Shown here in pieces: positions 18,401-27,534 of a stretch of 64,000 bases of DNA (position 1 is the stretch's first letter; each line of letters opens with the position of its first letter). The stretch comes from Thiomicrospira cyclica (lineage in GTDB: Bacteria > Pseudomonadota > Gammaproteobacteria > Thiomicrospirales > Thiomicrospiraceae), in NCBI GenBank assembly GCA_022736205.1, contig DZAT01000002.1:19308-83307 (forward strand). The letters are read 5' to 3'. The position numbers and the translations under genes were made by a program. The notes below the pieces were generated by a model, which was not told the origin of the DNA, made no database searches, and worked only from the letters and a program-made list of their open reading frames with translations.

Positions 18401-18850
18401 ATGATGATCAAATCAACCGCCCTAGCGCTCGCGCTTGCCTTCGCCAATGTAGCACAAGCTGACTATGTTCAGCCTAATATTCAACATGATCCATATGGCA
18501 TGCAGCGCGTGGCTTATCAAATGAACACAGGCGATGACCAAGAGCAATTGCAAATTATTAAGTACGCCAACAATCACATTCAAACCGTCGGCAAAGAGCA
18601 AATTGAACTGCAAGTGGTTATCTTTGGCGCAGGCATGAGCTTATTGCAATCGAACGATGAAAAACTGAACAAAGCGGTGGATGATTTGCGTGCCAAAGGC
18701 GTTAAAATTGCGATTTGCAATAACACGCTACGCAATAAAAACATCGACTGGCACACTTTACGTGGCGTTCAGGAAGCAGACATCGTTCCGGGTGGCGTGG
18801 CAGAGTTAGCGTTTTTACAACAACGTGGTTTTGCTTATATCAAGCCTTAA
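18401..18850 (+). CDS. DsrE/DsrF-like (COG1416-type) protein with signal peptide
   Basis: 149 aa. Signal peptide MMIKSTALALALAFANVAQA. The core IELQVVIFGAGMSLL...GVKIAICNNTL...VPGGVAELAFLQQRGFAYIKP matches the DsrE-like fold family. Confidence 0.65.
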   Translation: MMIKSTALALALAFANVAQADYVQPNIQHDPYGMQRVAYQMNTGDDQEQLQIIKYANNHIQTVGKEQIELQVVIFGAGMSLLQSNDEKLNKAVDDLRAKGVKIAICNNTLRNKNIDWHTLRGVQEADIVPGGVAELAFLQQRGFAYIKP

Positions 18851-18862
18851 ATGCGCCCTGAT

Positions 18863-18882
18863 GTGCGCGATTAATCGCGCAC
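18863..18882. terminator. Perfect 20-nt palindrome between convergent dsrE-like and rimO genes
   Basis: The sequence is GTGCGCGATTAATCGCGCAC. It includes the last codons and the stop of rimO. It may act as a bidirectional terminator hairpin, but no strong U-tract is present. Confidence 0.4.
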
Positions 18883-20202
18883 CTTAGCAAACAAGTCGTA
18901 GGTATCCGACCCCGTAATATCCACTTCGACAAACTCACCTACTGGCAAGTGCGCACCATTTTTGATGATCACAGTACCATCAATTTCGGGCGCATCGGCA
19001 GCCGAGCGGGCAATCGCACCCTGCTCACCAATGGTATCGACCAACACCGTCATACGCGAGCCGACTTTAGCTTTCATCTTCTCTTCCGAAATATCCATCT
19101 GCAATGCCATCAACTCTTCCCAACGCTCTTGCTTAACGTCATCAGGCACATGAGTGGCTAAATCATTGGCAACCGCACCATCGACGGGTGAGTATGGGAA
19201 ACATCCCACACGATCCAGCTCGGCTTCATCTAAGAAATCCATCAACATTTCGAAGTCTTCGTCCGTTTCACCTGGAAAGCCGACAATAAAGGTGCTACGG
19301 ATGGTGAGTTCTGGACAAATATCGCGCCATTTCTTAATGCGATCCAATAGGCGATTGACATCGCCTGGTCGCTTCATCATTTTTAAGATGCGTGGACTAG
19401 CGTGCTGGAAAGGAATATCTAAATAAGGCAGAATTTTGCCCTGCGCCATCAGCGGAATGATGTCGTCGACATTCGGATAAGGGTAAACATAGTGCATCCG
19501 TGTCCAGATACCCAAATCGCCTAAAGCACTTGCCATATCGTATAGATTGGTTTTGAGCGGACGACCACCCCAGAAATCCAACTTATGTTTTAAGTCGACC
19601 CCGTAGGCGCTGGTGTCTTGCGACACAACCAATAACTCTTTCACGCCAGCGTTCGCCAAATTTTGTGCTTCCGTCATCACATCGCTAATCGAACGAGACA
19701 CCAATTTACCGCGCATGCTGGGGATAATGCAGAAGGTGCAGTTATGGTTACAGCCTTCCGAAATCTTAAGATAGGCGTAGTGTTTCGGTGTTAACTTTAC
19801 GCCCGTGTTAGGCATTAAATCCAAAAACGGTTCGTGCGGTTTGGGAACATATGTATGCACCGCATTCATCACTTCTGTGTAAGCTGCTGCGCCCGAAATG
19901 GCTAATACATTCGGGTGCTCCGCCATAATCACTTCAGGACGCGCACCCAAGCAACCCGTCACAATCACTTTACCGTTTTCGTTCAAGGCTTCACCAATGG
20001 TATCGAGCGACTCGGCAACAGCAGAGTCGATAAAGCCACAGGTGTTCACCACCACCAAATCTGACCCTTTATAATCGGGCGAAATGTCATAACCTTCGCT
20101 ACGCAACTGCGTCAGAATACGTTCAGAGTCCACCAACGCCTTGGGGCAACCGAGGCTAACAAAGCCAATTTTTGGCGCTTGTGTTACGATTTTATTAGTC
20201 AT
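18871..20202 (-). CDS. rimO: Ribosomal protein S12 methylthiotransferase
   Basis: N-terminal MTTase domain ([12 protein letters not shown]), radical-SAM CNHNCTFC and a C-terminal TRAM domain. I place the start at ATG 20202 (MTNKIV...). The track start at 20226 is 8 codons upstream. Confidence 0.9.
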   Translation of the reverse strand: MTNKIVTQAPKIGFVSLGCPKALVDSERILTQLRSEGYDISPDYKGSDLVVVNTCGFIDSAVAESLDTIGEALNENGKVIVTGCLGARPEVIMAEHPNVLAISGAAAYTEVMNAVHTYVPKPHEPFLDLMPNTGVKLTPKHYAYLKISEGCNHNCTFCIIPSMRGKLVSRSISDVMTEAQNLANAGVKELLVVSQDTSAYGVDLKHKLDFWGGRPLKTNLYDMASALGDLGIWTRMHYVYPYPNVDDIIPLMAQGKILPYLDIPFQHASPRILKMMKRPGDVNRLLDRIKKWRDICPELTIRSTFIVGFPGETDEDFEMLMDFLDEAELDRVGCFPYSPVDGAVANDLATHVPDDVKQERWEELMALQMDISEEKMKAKVGSRMTVLVDTIGEQGAIARSAADAPEIDGTVIIKNGAHLPVGEFVEVDITGSDTYDLFAKVRD

Positions 20203-20815
20203 GAGATGCGTCCTTAAGCTCGGCAAGTGCCGTAAATGATGAGTTGTCTATTAGCGCCATCGCAGGTGCAATAATCGCTGAAAAATAAGTAGGAAAGTCC
20301 GTAATTGGTTTTGCTAAAGAAACAGACTCACCCAATTCAAACAACCAATAAGCCTCGTCACTGGCTTTTAAGCTACCAGCCTGTTCTACGGTTAGAACAT
20401 GACGCGGCACAAGCTGAACCGAACTAACTGCCCACAAATAGTTAGCACTACGCTCACCCATACCCGTGACGGTCGTACCCAAGGCACAATAACGAATCGA
20501 CTCAATCAGTGCGTCGTCATAACCTTGCAAAGATGTCGCTGGGATGTGATACCAGCATGCTGTACCTTGCTCAAAACGACGATTGTAATCACTATTACGG
20601 TGATTTTTGGGTGCTGCTGACGCGATCAGTACCTTAGCAGGGCGAAATGACAGTTGATTAGCCTTCTTTACGGGTGCTTGTTTACGAACTTGTGTTTTGA
20701 GCCATGCCTTACAATTGCAAGGCTCTGGGGAAATAGGCAGTGCATGACGTTCGGCAATCTGTCTTAACCGTCGTTCAAACTTTAAGCTTTGAGTTTTGGC
20801 TTTTAAAGAATTCAT
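20195..20815 (-). CDS. Hypothetical protein with basic N-terminus (last gene of the aroB-rimO cassette)
   Basis: 206 aa. The first ~80 residues are K/R-rich ([13 protein letters not shown]..., [12 protein letters not shown]). No motif recognised. Its start overlaps the upstream gene stop as ATGA, and its stop overlaps the rimO start by 8 nt. Confidence 0.5.
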   Translation of the reverse strand: MNSLKAKTQSLKFERRLRQIAERHALPISPEPCNCKAWLKTQVRKQAPVKKANQLSFRPAKVLIASAAPKNHRNSDYNRRFEQGTACWYHIPATSLQGYDDALIESIRYCALGTTVTGMGERSANYLWAVSSVQLVPRHVLTVEQAGSLKASDEAYWLFELGESVSLAKPITDFPTYFSAIIAPAMALIDNSSFTALAELKDASHD

Positions 20816-21414
20816 GATGCATCTCTCTCCAACGTAGATAATGAGACAAAATTGCGCTTAAATTTCTCGTGATTTTGAATGTTTCGCTGAACATCTTGCT
20901 CATCCCAAATTTGAAGTTCCCAAGGAAAGTAAAAGTTGTTTTTGTTTTTAAAATAAATATGCAAACCACGATAGCCTTCTTTCTCACGCAAATACCAGTT
21001 TTTCAGGTTCAACACATCTTGCCAATCATCCAGCATATCCATCACCGATGCTATGTCATCGCGCTTTAGCGTAATGCGTGCACCAAAAATATCATTCAGC
21101 CAGTTGTTGACAGGGTACTGATCGTCACGTTCAGAAAATCGCACGATCTTGTCATCAATACTTTCGCGCGTTTTAACGCGATAAAAATATCTAAGGTCAA
21201 TGTCAGCGATCATCAAGTAATCATTGATGCTTTCGTGCAGCGTTAAACGATAGTGATAAATATGAGAAATCGGTACAGACTTAATCGTTCTGGAAAGGTT
21301 AACTTTCTCTACCTTTCCTGTCTCGAAGTAGTCATTCGAAAAAGCAAAATGCAAGCGATTAATTTCACTCACAAGTTGTTTGACTAAATCAATTTTATTC
21401 ATTGTTAAATGCAT
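20812..21414 (-). CDS. Small RelA/SpoT-type nucleotidyltransferase (small-alarmone-synthetase-like, possible toxSAS)
   Basis: 200 aa. All synthetase-fold motifs occur in order: RVKTRESIDDKIVR, NDIFGARITL, EGYRGLHIYF, WELQIWDEQ, NHEKFKRN. No HD hydrolase, TGS or ACT domains. Confidence 0.65.
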   Translation of the reverse strand: MHLTMNKIDLVKQLVSEINRLHFAFSNDYFETGKVEKVNLSRTIKSVPISHIYHYRLTLHESINDYLMIADIDLRYFYRVKTRESIDDKIVRFSERDDQYPVNNWLNDIFGARITLKRDDIASVMDMLDDWQDVLNLKNWYLREKEGYRGLHIYFKNKNNFYFPWELQIWDEQDVQRNIQNHEKFKRNFVSLSTLERDAS

Positions 21415-21420
21415 ACCCTA

Positions 21421-21927
21421 CTAATAACCAACCAGCAAAATGCCTTTTAACGGCAAATGTAACCTACTTGATATGTAAAGCGTTTCTAAAAAAGAATAAA
21501 CGATCTCAAAGTCTGCATGCCCTCGATAAGTATTTCTTACTGCAATAACCAGATACTCAACCTTGTGCATCATACAAGCCTGAAAAATATCTTTTAGAAA
21601 TTGATTGTTCTCAGTGGCACGACCAGCTTCAATTTCAATAACGATCTTCCCGTCTCGGCTAAGCGCATCAGCATAAAAAGACTTATCAATTTTATTGTTA
21701 TGCCCAAACAATACAGGAACATGTATTTTATCTTTATTACTTTTTCCAGCCTCTACAAGAAAATCAGCACTTTCTAAATTCGATCTTATTGCAGATAACA
21801 CTTCATTGCTTGACAAGTTATTAGCGTCAGAAGAGATGAGATGATTCACCGCATCAAAACATTGCACGATTTGCTCTAGTTCTGTCGACAACCCAATCGA
21901 ACGAGGAAATAGCTGATAATTTATCAT
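21421..21927 (-). CDS. BglII/BamHI-like restriction-endonuclease-fold protein (tentative)
   Basis: 168 aa. Putative catalytic core DALSRDGKIVIEIEAGRATENNQFLKD, followed by YLVIAVRN and the C-terminal LPLKGILLVGY. This resembles the D...E-x-E/Q layout of BamHI/BglII-type enzymes, recalled from memory. Confidence 0.4.
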   Translation of the reverse strand: MINYQLFPRSIGLSTELEQIVQCFDAVNHLISSDANNLSSNEVLSAIRSNLESADFLVEAGKSNKDKIHVPVLFGHNNKIDKSFYADALSRDGKIVIEIEAGRATENNQFLKDIFQACMMHKVEYLVIAVRNTYRGHADFEIVYSFLETLYISSRLHLPLKGILLVGY

Positions 21928-22769
21928 GACTTAAAATGCAGTAATTTAGCTGGAAGAAAATTAGTTGAATGATTGGGATTTCGTATTTCTACGTCAACAA
22001 TAGTAAACGCTTCAGATTGAGCAGATAGAATATTTTTCCTATCACTTTCAGGCAGCGAGTTAAATTTTTCTTTTGTTATCAGGCAGCTTAACTGAAATGA
22101 TTCTGTATTTTCTATTGTGTGAACATCTGAAAAAATATTCGTTGGATTATCGACAATACACTTACTACGAATAGGTATTTTTGTAACGTTTAGGTAATCT
22201 ACGCTACCCAAACAACCGATGTCATCCAATGTCTTACAATCAACCTCGACACCAGAATAAGAACTAGGATCAACAATTTTAATTATACGCTCGTATACTG
22301 TTGCATTAGCAACAAAACAATCACCATAAATCAGCCATAAATGGCGTAGATATTCTTCTTTTTCGATTGTACCAATTGCATAAATTAAATCCTTTTCTTG
22401 CCAGTCTTCGGCGCTTCGACAAAACGAGTTAATTTTGGAACTATTCGCAAGCAACTTTGCCTTCGGATACAAACTATTAAATACAATATTACCATCGATG
22501 CTATCAAGCTCGAACAGTTCAATCGCATCGCCACCTTTTAGCATCATATCAGGCGGATTGTTTTGATTTCCTGTATAACTAAAAACGGATTGATGTTTAG
22601 CTCTCTTTTGGATTCCTTCCAATGTAAAACTATCCGCAAACGAATCTTTAATGAAATCCTCTAACGCAACTCCCATCGCATTCATGCGATTCGCATGATC
22701 AGAATTGTTGATTAAGGCTTGGTCATAATGTTGAACTATTGCTTGAATCGCCGTTAAAAAACTTGCCAT
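21924..22769 (-). CDS. NgoPII-like type II restriction endonuclease homolog (orphan, possibly inactive)
   Basis: 281 aa. The segments NRMNAMGVALEDFIKDSF, VFSYTGNQNNPPDMMLKGGDAIE, FNSLYPKAKL, AEDWQEKDLIYAIG and VEIRNPNH match my recollection of the RE_NgoPII family. Its ATG overlaps the aroB stop as TAATG. Confidence 0.5.
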   Translation of the reverse strand: MASFLTAIQAIVQHYDQALINNSDHANRMNAMGVALEDFIKDSFADSFTLEGIQKRAKHQSVFSYTGNQNNPPDMMLKGGDAIELFELDSIDGNIVFNSLYPKAKLLANSSKINSFCRSAEDWQEKDLIYAIGTIEKEEYLRHLWLIYGDCFVANATVYERIIKIVDPSSYSGVEVDCKTLDDIGCLGSVDYLNVTKIPIRSKCIVDNPTNIFSDVHTIENTESFQLSCLITKEKFNSLPESDRKNILSAQSEAFTIVDVEIRNPNHSTNFLPAKLLHFKS

Positions 22770-23881
22770 TACCCTACCTCACCCCGATAGGCATGCCACT
22801 CAACCAATGTTCTATCTAGTAGGCTGGCATCGTAATCGCCCGTCATATAGGCTTTACCGATTGATTGCAGCAGCACCAAACGAATATGCCCTGCATCTGC
22901 CTTCTTATCCACAGCCATCATATCTAAAAACTGTGCAGGCTTAATTTGGGGTGGCGGATATAACGGCAAACGCGCACGACTGACGATATCTGCCATGCGG
23001 TCTAAGTCGACCTCACTGATATTGCCCATGATTTTGCTCATGTAGCCCGCCATCATCATCCCAGCACCGACAGCCTCGCCATGCAACCATTCGCCATATC
23101 CCATACCAGTTTCGATGGCATGACCAAAGGTGTGTCCCAAATTGAGTAAGGCACGCACATCGGCTTCTTTTTCATCGGCGGCAACAATATCGGCTTTATC
23201 TTGGCACGAACGCGCAATGGCATAAGCCAAGGCTGCAGGTTCGCGTGCAAGCAATGCATCCATATTGACTTCTAACCAGTCAAAGAAAGGAGCATCGCAC
23301 AGCAAGCCATATTTAATGATTTCTGCCACACCTGCCGACAGTTCACGATCGGGCAAGGTATTGAGCGTGAGCGTATCAATCAGCACCACTTTCGGCTGAT
23401 GAAAAGCGCCAATCATGTTTTTACCCAGTTCGTGATTAACCCCAGTCTTACCCCCAACAGACGAATCGACTTGCGATAACAAAGTGGTTGGAATTTGGAT
23501 AAAATCAACGCCACGCTGATAAATAGACGCAGCAAAACCAACCATATCACCAATCACACCACCACCGAGCGCGACCAGCATGCACTTACGATCAAAACGC
23601 GCCTCGAGCAGGGCAGTAAAAATTTTATTCAACTCGCTCAGCGTTTTGTATTCTTCGCCGTCATCCAAAATACAGGTAGCGACTCTTTTACCTGTGCCTT
23701 CAAAGAGCGCAATGGCTTGTGCCATATACAAAGGCGCAACCGTGGTATTAGAAACAATCATCACTTGCTTGGCTGGCACGTGCGGCAACACTAACGCTGG
23801 CTGATTCAATAATCCTTCGCCAATATGAATCGGGTAAGAACGCTCGCCCAAGGCGACGGTTAAGGTTTGCATATCAGACAT
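22769..23881 (-). CDS. aroB: 3-dehydroquinate synthase
   Basis: 370 aa with the motifs [27 protein letters not shown] and HGEAVGAGM. Confidence 0.93.
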   Translation of the reverse strand: MSDMQTLTVALGERSYPIHIGEGLLNQPALVLPHVPAKQVMIVSNTTVAPLYMAQAIALFEGTGKRVATCILDDGEEYKTLSELNKIFTALLEARFDRKCMLVALGGGVIGDMVGFAASIYQRGVDFIQIPTTLLSQVDSSVGGKTGVNHELGKNMIGAFHQPKVVLIDTLTLNTLPDRELSAGVAEIIKYGLLCDAPFFDWLEVNMDALLAREPAALAYAIARSCQDKADIVAADEKEADVRALLNLGHTFGHAIETGMGYGEWLHGEAVGAGMMMAGYMSKIMGNISEVDLDRMADIVSRARLPLYPPPQIKPAQFLDMMAVDKKADAGHIRLVLLQSIGKAYMTGDYDASLLDRTLVEWHAYRGEVG

Positions 23882-23893
23882 GATGATTCTCCA

Positions 23894-24445
23894 TTAGGCT
23901 CGAGCGCCTTTTGCTTCTGGCCAGCCACGATCGGCCAAGGCATTTAAAATTTCTTGTACCACACGGGTAATGGATTTTCGCTCGGTATGCAGCACAATAT
24001 CCGCCACCTGACGGTAGAACGGTTCGCGCACTTTCATTAATTCGGTCAGTACACGCTCACTATCAACGTTTTGTAATAACGGACGCGTGGTATCGTGACG
24101 TGTTCGTTCGACAAGTTGCTTAACAGGCGACGATAAATAAATAACCGTGCCGTATTCTTTGAGCGCTAACCGATTCTCTTCACGAATCACCGCACCACCG
24201 CCTGTTGCTAACACCTTGCGCGCACCATGCTCAACTAGGTCGGCGATAACTTGCGTTTCACGCACACGAAATCCATCCTCACCCTCGACATCGAAAATGG
24301 TGCTAATCGATACCTTTAAGCGTGCTTCAATTTCATGGTCTGAGTCGACAAATGGCAAGTCCAATACCTGAGCCAGACGCTTACCAACCGATGATTTTCC
24401 TGCCCCCATGGGGCCAACTAAAATGACGTTTCGTTTCTTATTCAT
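23894..24445 (-). CDS. aroK: Shikimate kinase
   Basis: 183 aa. P-loop GPMGAGKSSVGK. Its position upstream of aroB fits. Confidence 0.9.
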   Translation of the reverse strand: MNKKRNVILVGPMGAGKSSVGKRLAQVLDLPFVDSDHEIEARLKVSISTIFDVEGEDGFRVRETQVIADLVEHGARKVLATGGGAVIREENRLALKEYGTVIYLSSPVKQLVERTRHDTTRPLLQNVDSERVLTELMKVREPFYRQVADIVLHTERKSITRVVQEILNALADRGWPEAKGARA

Positions 24446-24451
24446 GTATGA

Positions 24452-25114
<663 letters not shown>

Positions 25115-25124
25115 AACGAACAGA

Positions 25125-27470
25125 ATGATGATTGATCGAACAGCAAAGGAACCGTGTATGAAAAGCGCGTGCGTTAGCAAACAAAACTCCCAATGCGCAG
25201 CACCACACAGACTGCTTTACACGGCGCTACTTTTCTGTTTAGTCATGACGCAAACCGCACTGGCAAATCAATCTACCAACGTCTTAATCATTCACTCGTA
25301 TAGCCAAGAGTACGACTGGACCAAGCGCCAACATCAAGGATTTGTTTCCGCACTCAGTCAAGACCCACTGAATACGCCCATTTTTAGTACCGAATATCTT
25401 GATACCAAACGGGTTACCTACGATAACAACTATGCCCAAACATTCGATAACATTCTGGCGCAAAAGTATCAACATTATCAACCCGATCTTATTTATGTCA
25501 GTGATGACAATGCAATGCAGTTTGCGCTAACCTACCTACAAAAACGCTACCCTAAAACCCCCTTATTTTTCTCAGGCGTGAACGATTTTGCCTTACTCAA
25601 TCGTATCGACAAAAATACCAGCACAGGTACTTTCGAAAAGAAAGACATAGCGACTAACCTCTCGCTCGTCAAACAGCTTTCGCTGTCTAACAAGGTGGTG
25701 ATGCTGCTAGGCGATAACAGCAGTACCGACAAAGCAATCGCTCAAGAAGCACAAAGTATTTTATTACAGTATAAAGACATCCACAGCACCATCAACGCTT
25801 TTGAGCAGCTTAATGACGCAATTGAAGCGGTTAAACAGCAAACCAATGCCTTGGTTATTCTCACAACCATTGGCGGTTGGAAAGACAACAAGGGTCAGAT
25901 TATGCCGATTCATCAGGCAATCAATCAACTCACAAAGCTGAACGTTCCTATCTTAGCAATGGAAGATGGTTATATTGTCGATGGCGTTATTGGTGGTCAT
26001 GTAACCAGTGGCTTCAGTCAGGGAAATCATACTGGGAAAATGGCGCATGCGTATCTAACGGGAACCAGCATTCAGCAAATGCCACCGATATTAACCAGCC
26101 CCAACGAACTCATTCTGGATGTTCAGGCACTCACAATGCAACATATCGCTTTGCCAGATACGTTAGCTCAAAATGCACAACTCCTGAATCCGAAACAGAG
26201 TTTTTACCAACGCGAAAAATCGTTGATTATCGGCAGTATTTACACCCTTGTGGTTTTATTGCTGGCAGGAGGTATATTGGCACTACGTATTTTATCGAAT
26301 AAAAATAAAGCGCTTCAACAAGCACAACAACAAACCGAAGCAGCCAGCCAAGCAAAAAGTGAGTTTCTGGGCAGTATGAGCCACGAATTGCGCACACCAC
26401 TCAACGCCATTCTAGGGTTTGCACAATTGATTAATTTAGAAGCCAGTGACCAACCCGAAATCAATGATTTTTCACTCGAAATTGAACGTGCTGGCAATCA
26501 TTTATTGTCTTTGGTTAACGATCTCATCGATTTATCGCGCATCGAATCAGGCAGACTTGATATTGTTGTCGAGCCTGTTTTATTAAGTCAGTTAGAACGT
26601 GACTGTCTTGCACTGGTTGCGCCGCTTGCCGAAAAGTTTCATGTCCAAATCATCGAACAGCCATCTGTTGAAGCCATTACCATTTTGGCGGATGCTGTAC
26701 GTCTACGCCAAGTTATCATTAATTTCTTATCTAATGGGATTAAATACAACAAGGCGCTGGGCAGTGTGAGTCTGCAAATCCTGCGATTAGAAAATAATAT
26801 CGTGCGCATTCAAGTTGTTGATACGGGCGTGGGCATACCACTCGACAAACAAAATCGTATTTTTAGTGCTTTTGATCGTTTGGGTGCTGAATGTGGAACA
26901 ATCGAAGGATCGGGTATTGGTTTGGTTATTACCAAACAACTGATCGAAGCCATGAATGGCAGCATTGGCTTCAGTAGTGAAGCTCATAAAGGCTCGCGCT
27001 TCTGGGTTGATTTCCCCATTCATGACATTGCTCATACAACTGACGAGATACCACTTTCGCAGACACAAAATGCAGCGATATTATCGCCAACACATAACAC
27101 TCAGCCCATCATTTTGTGTATCGAAGACAACCCCGTCAACATGAAGCTGATACACAGAATTCTGGCTAAAAATGGCGACTACCGCATTATTGAAGCTAGC
27201 ACAGGAGCTGAAGGCATTCGATTGGCAAAACGCGAAAAGCCTAACCTTATTTTAACGGACATTAACCTACCTGATATGAATGGCTATCAGATTTTAGCCA
27301 CGCTTCAAGAAAACCCGCAGACTCAGCAGATACCTGTTATCGCCCTCACAGCCGATGCGATGAAAGAGGATATCGAGCGGGCAAAACGGGCTGGATTTTC
27401 GGGCTATGTTACCAAGCCCATCGACATACCTGCACTGTTCGCTTTGATCAATCCACTTCTGCCTGCATAA
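25125..27470 (+). CDS. Hybrid sensor histidine kinase/response regulator with periplasmic ABC-substrate-binding-like sensor domain
   Basis: 781 aa. Signal/TM segment plus a periplasmic domain ([15 protein letters not shown]...) and a second TM. H-box [14 protein letters not shown], ATPase N/G boxes (NGIKYN, DTGVGI, GSGIGL) and a C-terminal receiver ([21 protein letters not shown]). The exact start is uncertain. Confidence 0.8.
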   Translation: MMIDRTAKEPCMKSACVSKQNSQCAAPHRLLYTALLFCLVMTQTALANQSTNVLIIHSYSQEYDWTKRQHQGFVSALSQDPLNTPIFSTEYLDTKRVTYDNNYAQTFDNILAQKYQHYQPDLIYVSDDNAMQFALTYLQKRYPKTPLFFSGVNDFALLNRIDKNTSTGTFEKKDIATNLSLVKQLSLSNKVVMLLGDNSSTDKAIAQEAQSILLQYKDIHSTINAFEQLNDAIEAVKQQTNALVILTTIGGWKDNKGQIMPIHQAINQLTKLNVPILAMEDGYIVDGVIGGHVTSGFSQGNHTGKMAHAYLTGTSIQQMPPILTSPNELILDVQALTMQHIALPDTLAQNAQLLNPKQSFYQREKSLIIGSIYTLVVLLLAGGILALRILSNKNKALQQAQQQTEAASQAKSEFLGSMSHELRTPLNAILGFAQLINLEASDQPEINDFSLEIERAGNHLLSLVNDLIDLSRIESGRLDIVVEPVLLSQLERDCLALVAPLAEKFHVQIIEQPSVEAITILADAVRLRQVIINFLSNGIKYNKALGSVSLQILRLENNIVRIQVVDTGVGIPLDKQNRIFSAFDRLGAECGTIEGSGIGLVITKQLIEAMNGSIGFSSEAHKGSRFWVDFPIHDIAHTTDEIPLSQTQNAAILSPTHNTQPIILCIEDNPVNMKLIHRILAKNGDYRIIEASTGAEGIRLAKREKPNLILTDINLPDMNGYQILATLQENPQTQQIPVIALTADAMKEDIERAKRAGFSGYVTKPIDIPALFALINPLLPA

Positions 27471-27473
27471 ACG

Positions 27474-27503
27474 CAGAAACCCGCAGGTGACTGCGGGTTT
27501 CTG
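27474..27503. terminator. Perfect 13-bp stem hairpin between convergent kinase and chemoreceptor genes
   Basis: The sequence is CAGAAACCCGCAG-GTGA-CTGCGGGTTTCTG. The U-tracts are weak on both strands. Confidence 0.5.
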
Positions 27504-27534
27504 ACGACGACGTTACCAAATCAGGTTAACAACT

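Noticed and set aside
20775-20987. 70-aa ORF overlapping the RelA/SpoT-like gene in another frame
   Set aside because: It is embedded in a gene with a complete ordered motif set. The product is Phe/Lys-rich, typical of AT-rich off-frame translation.
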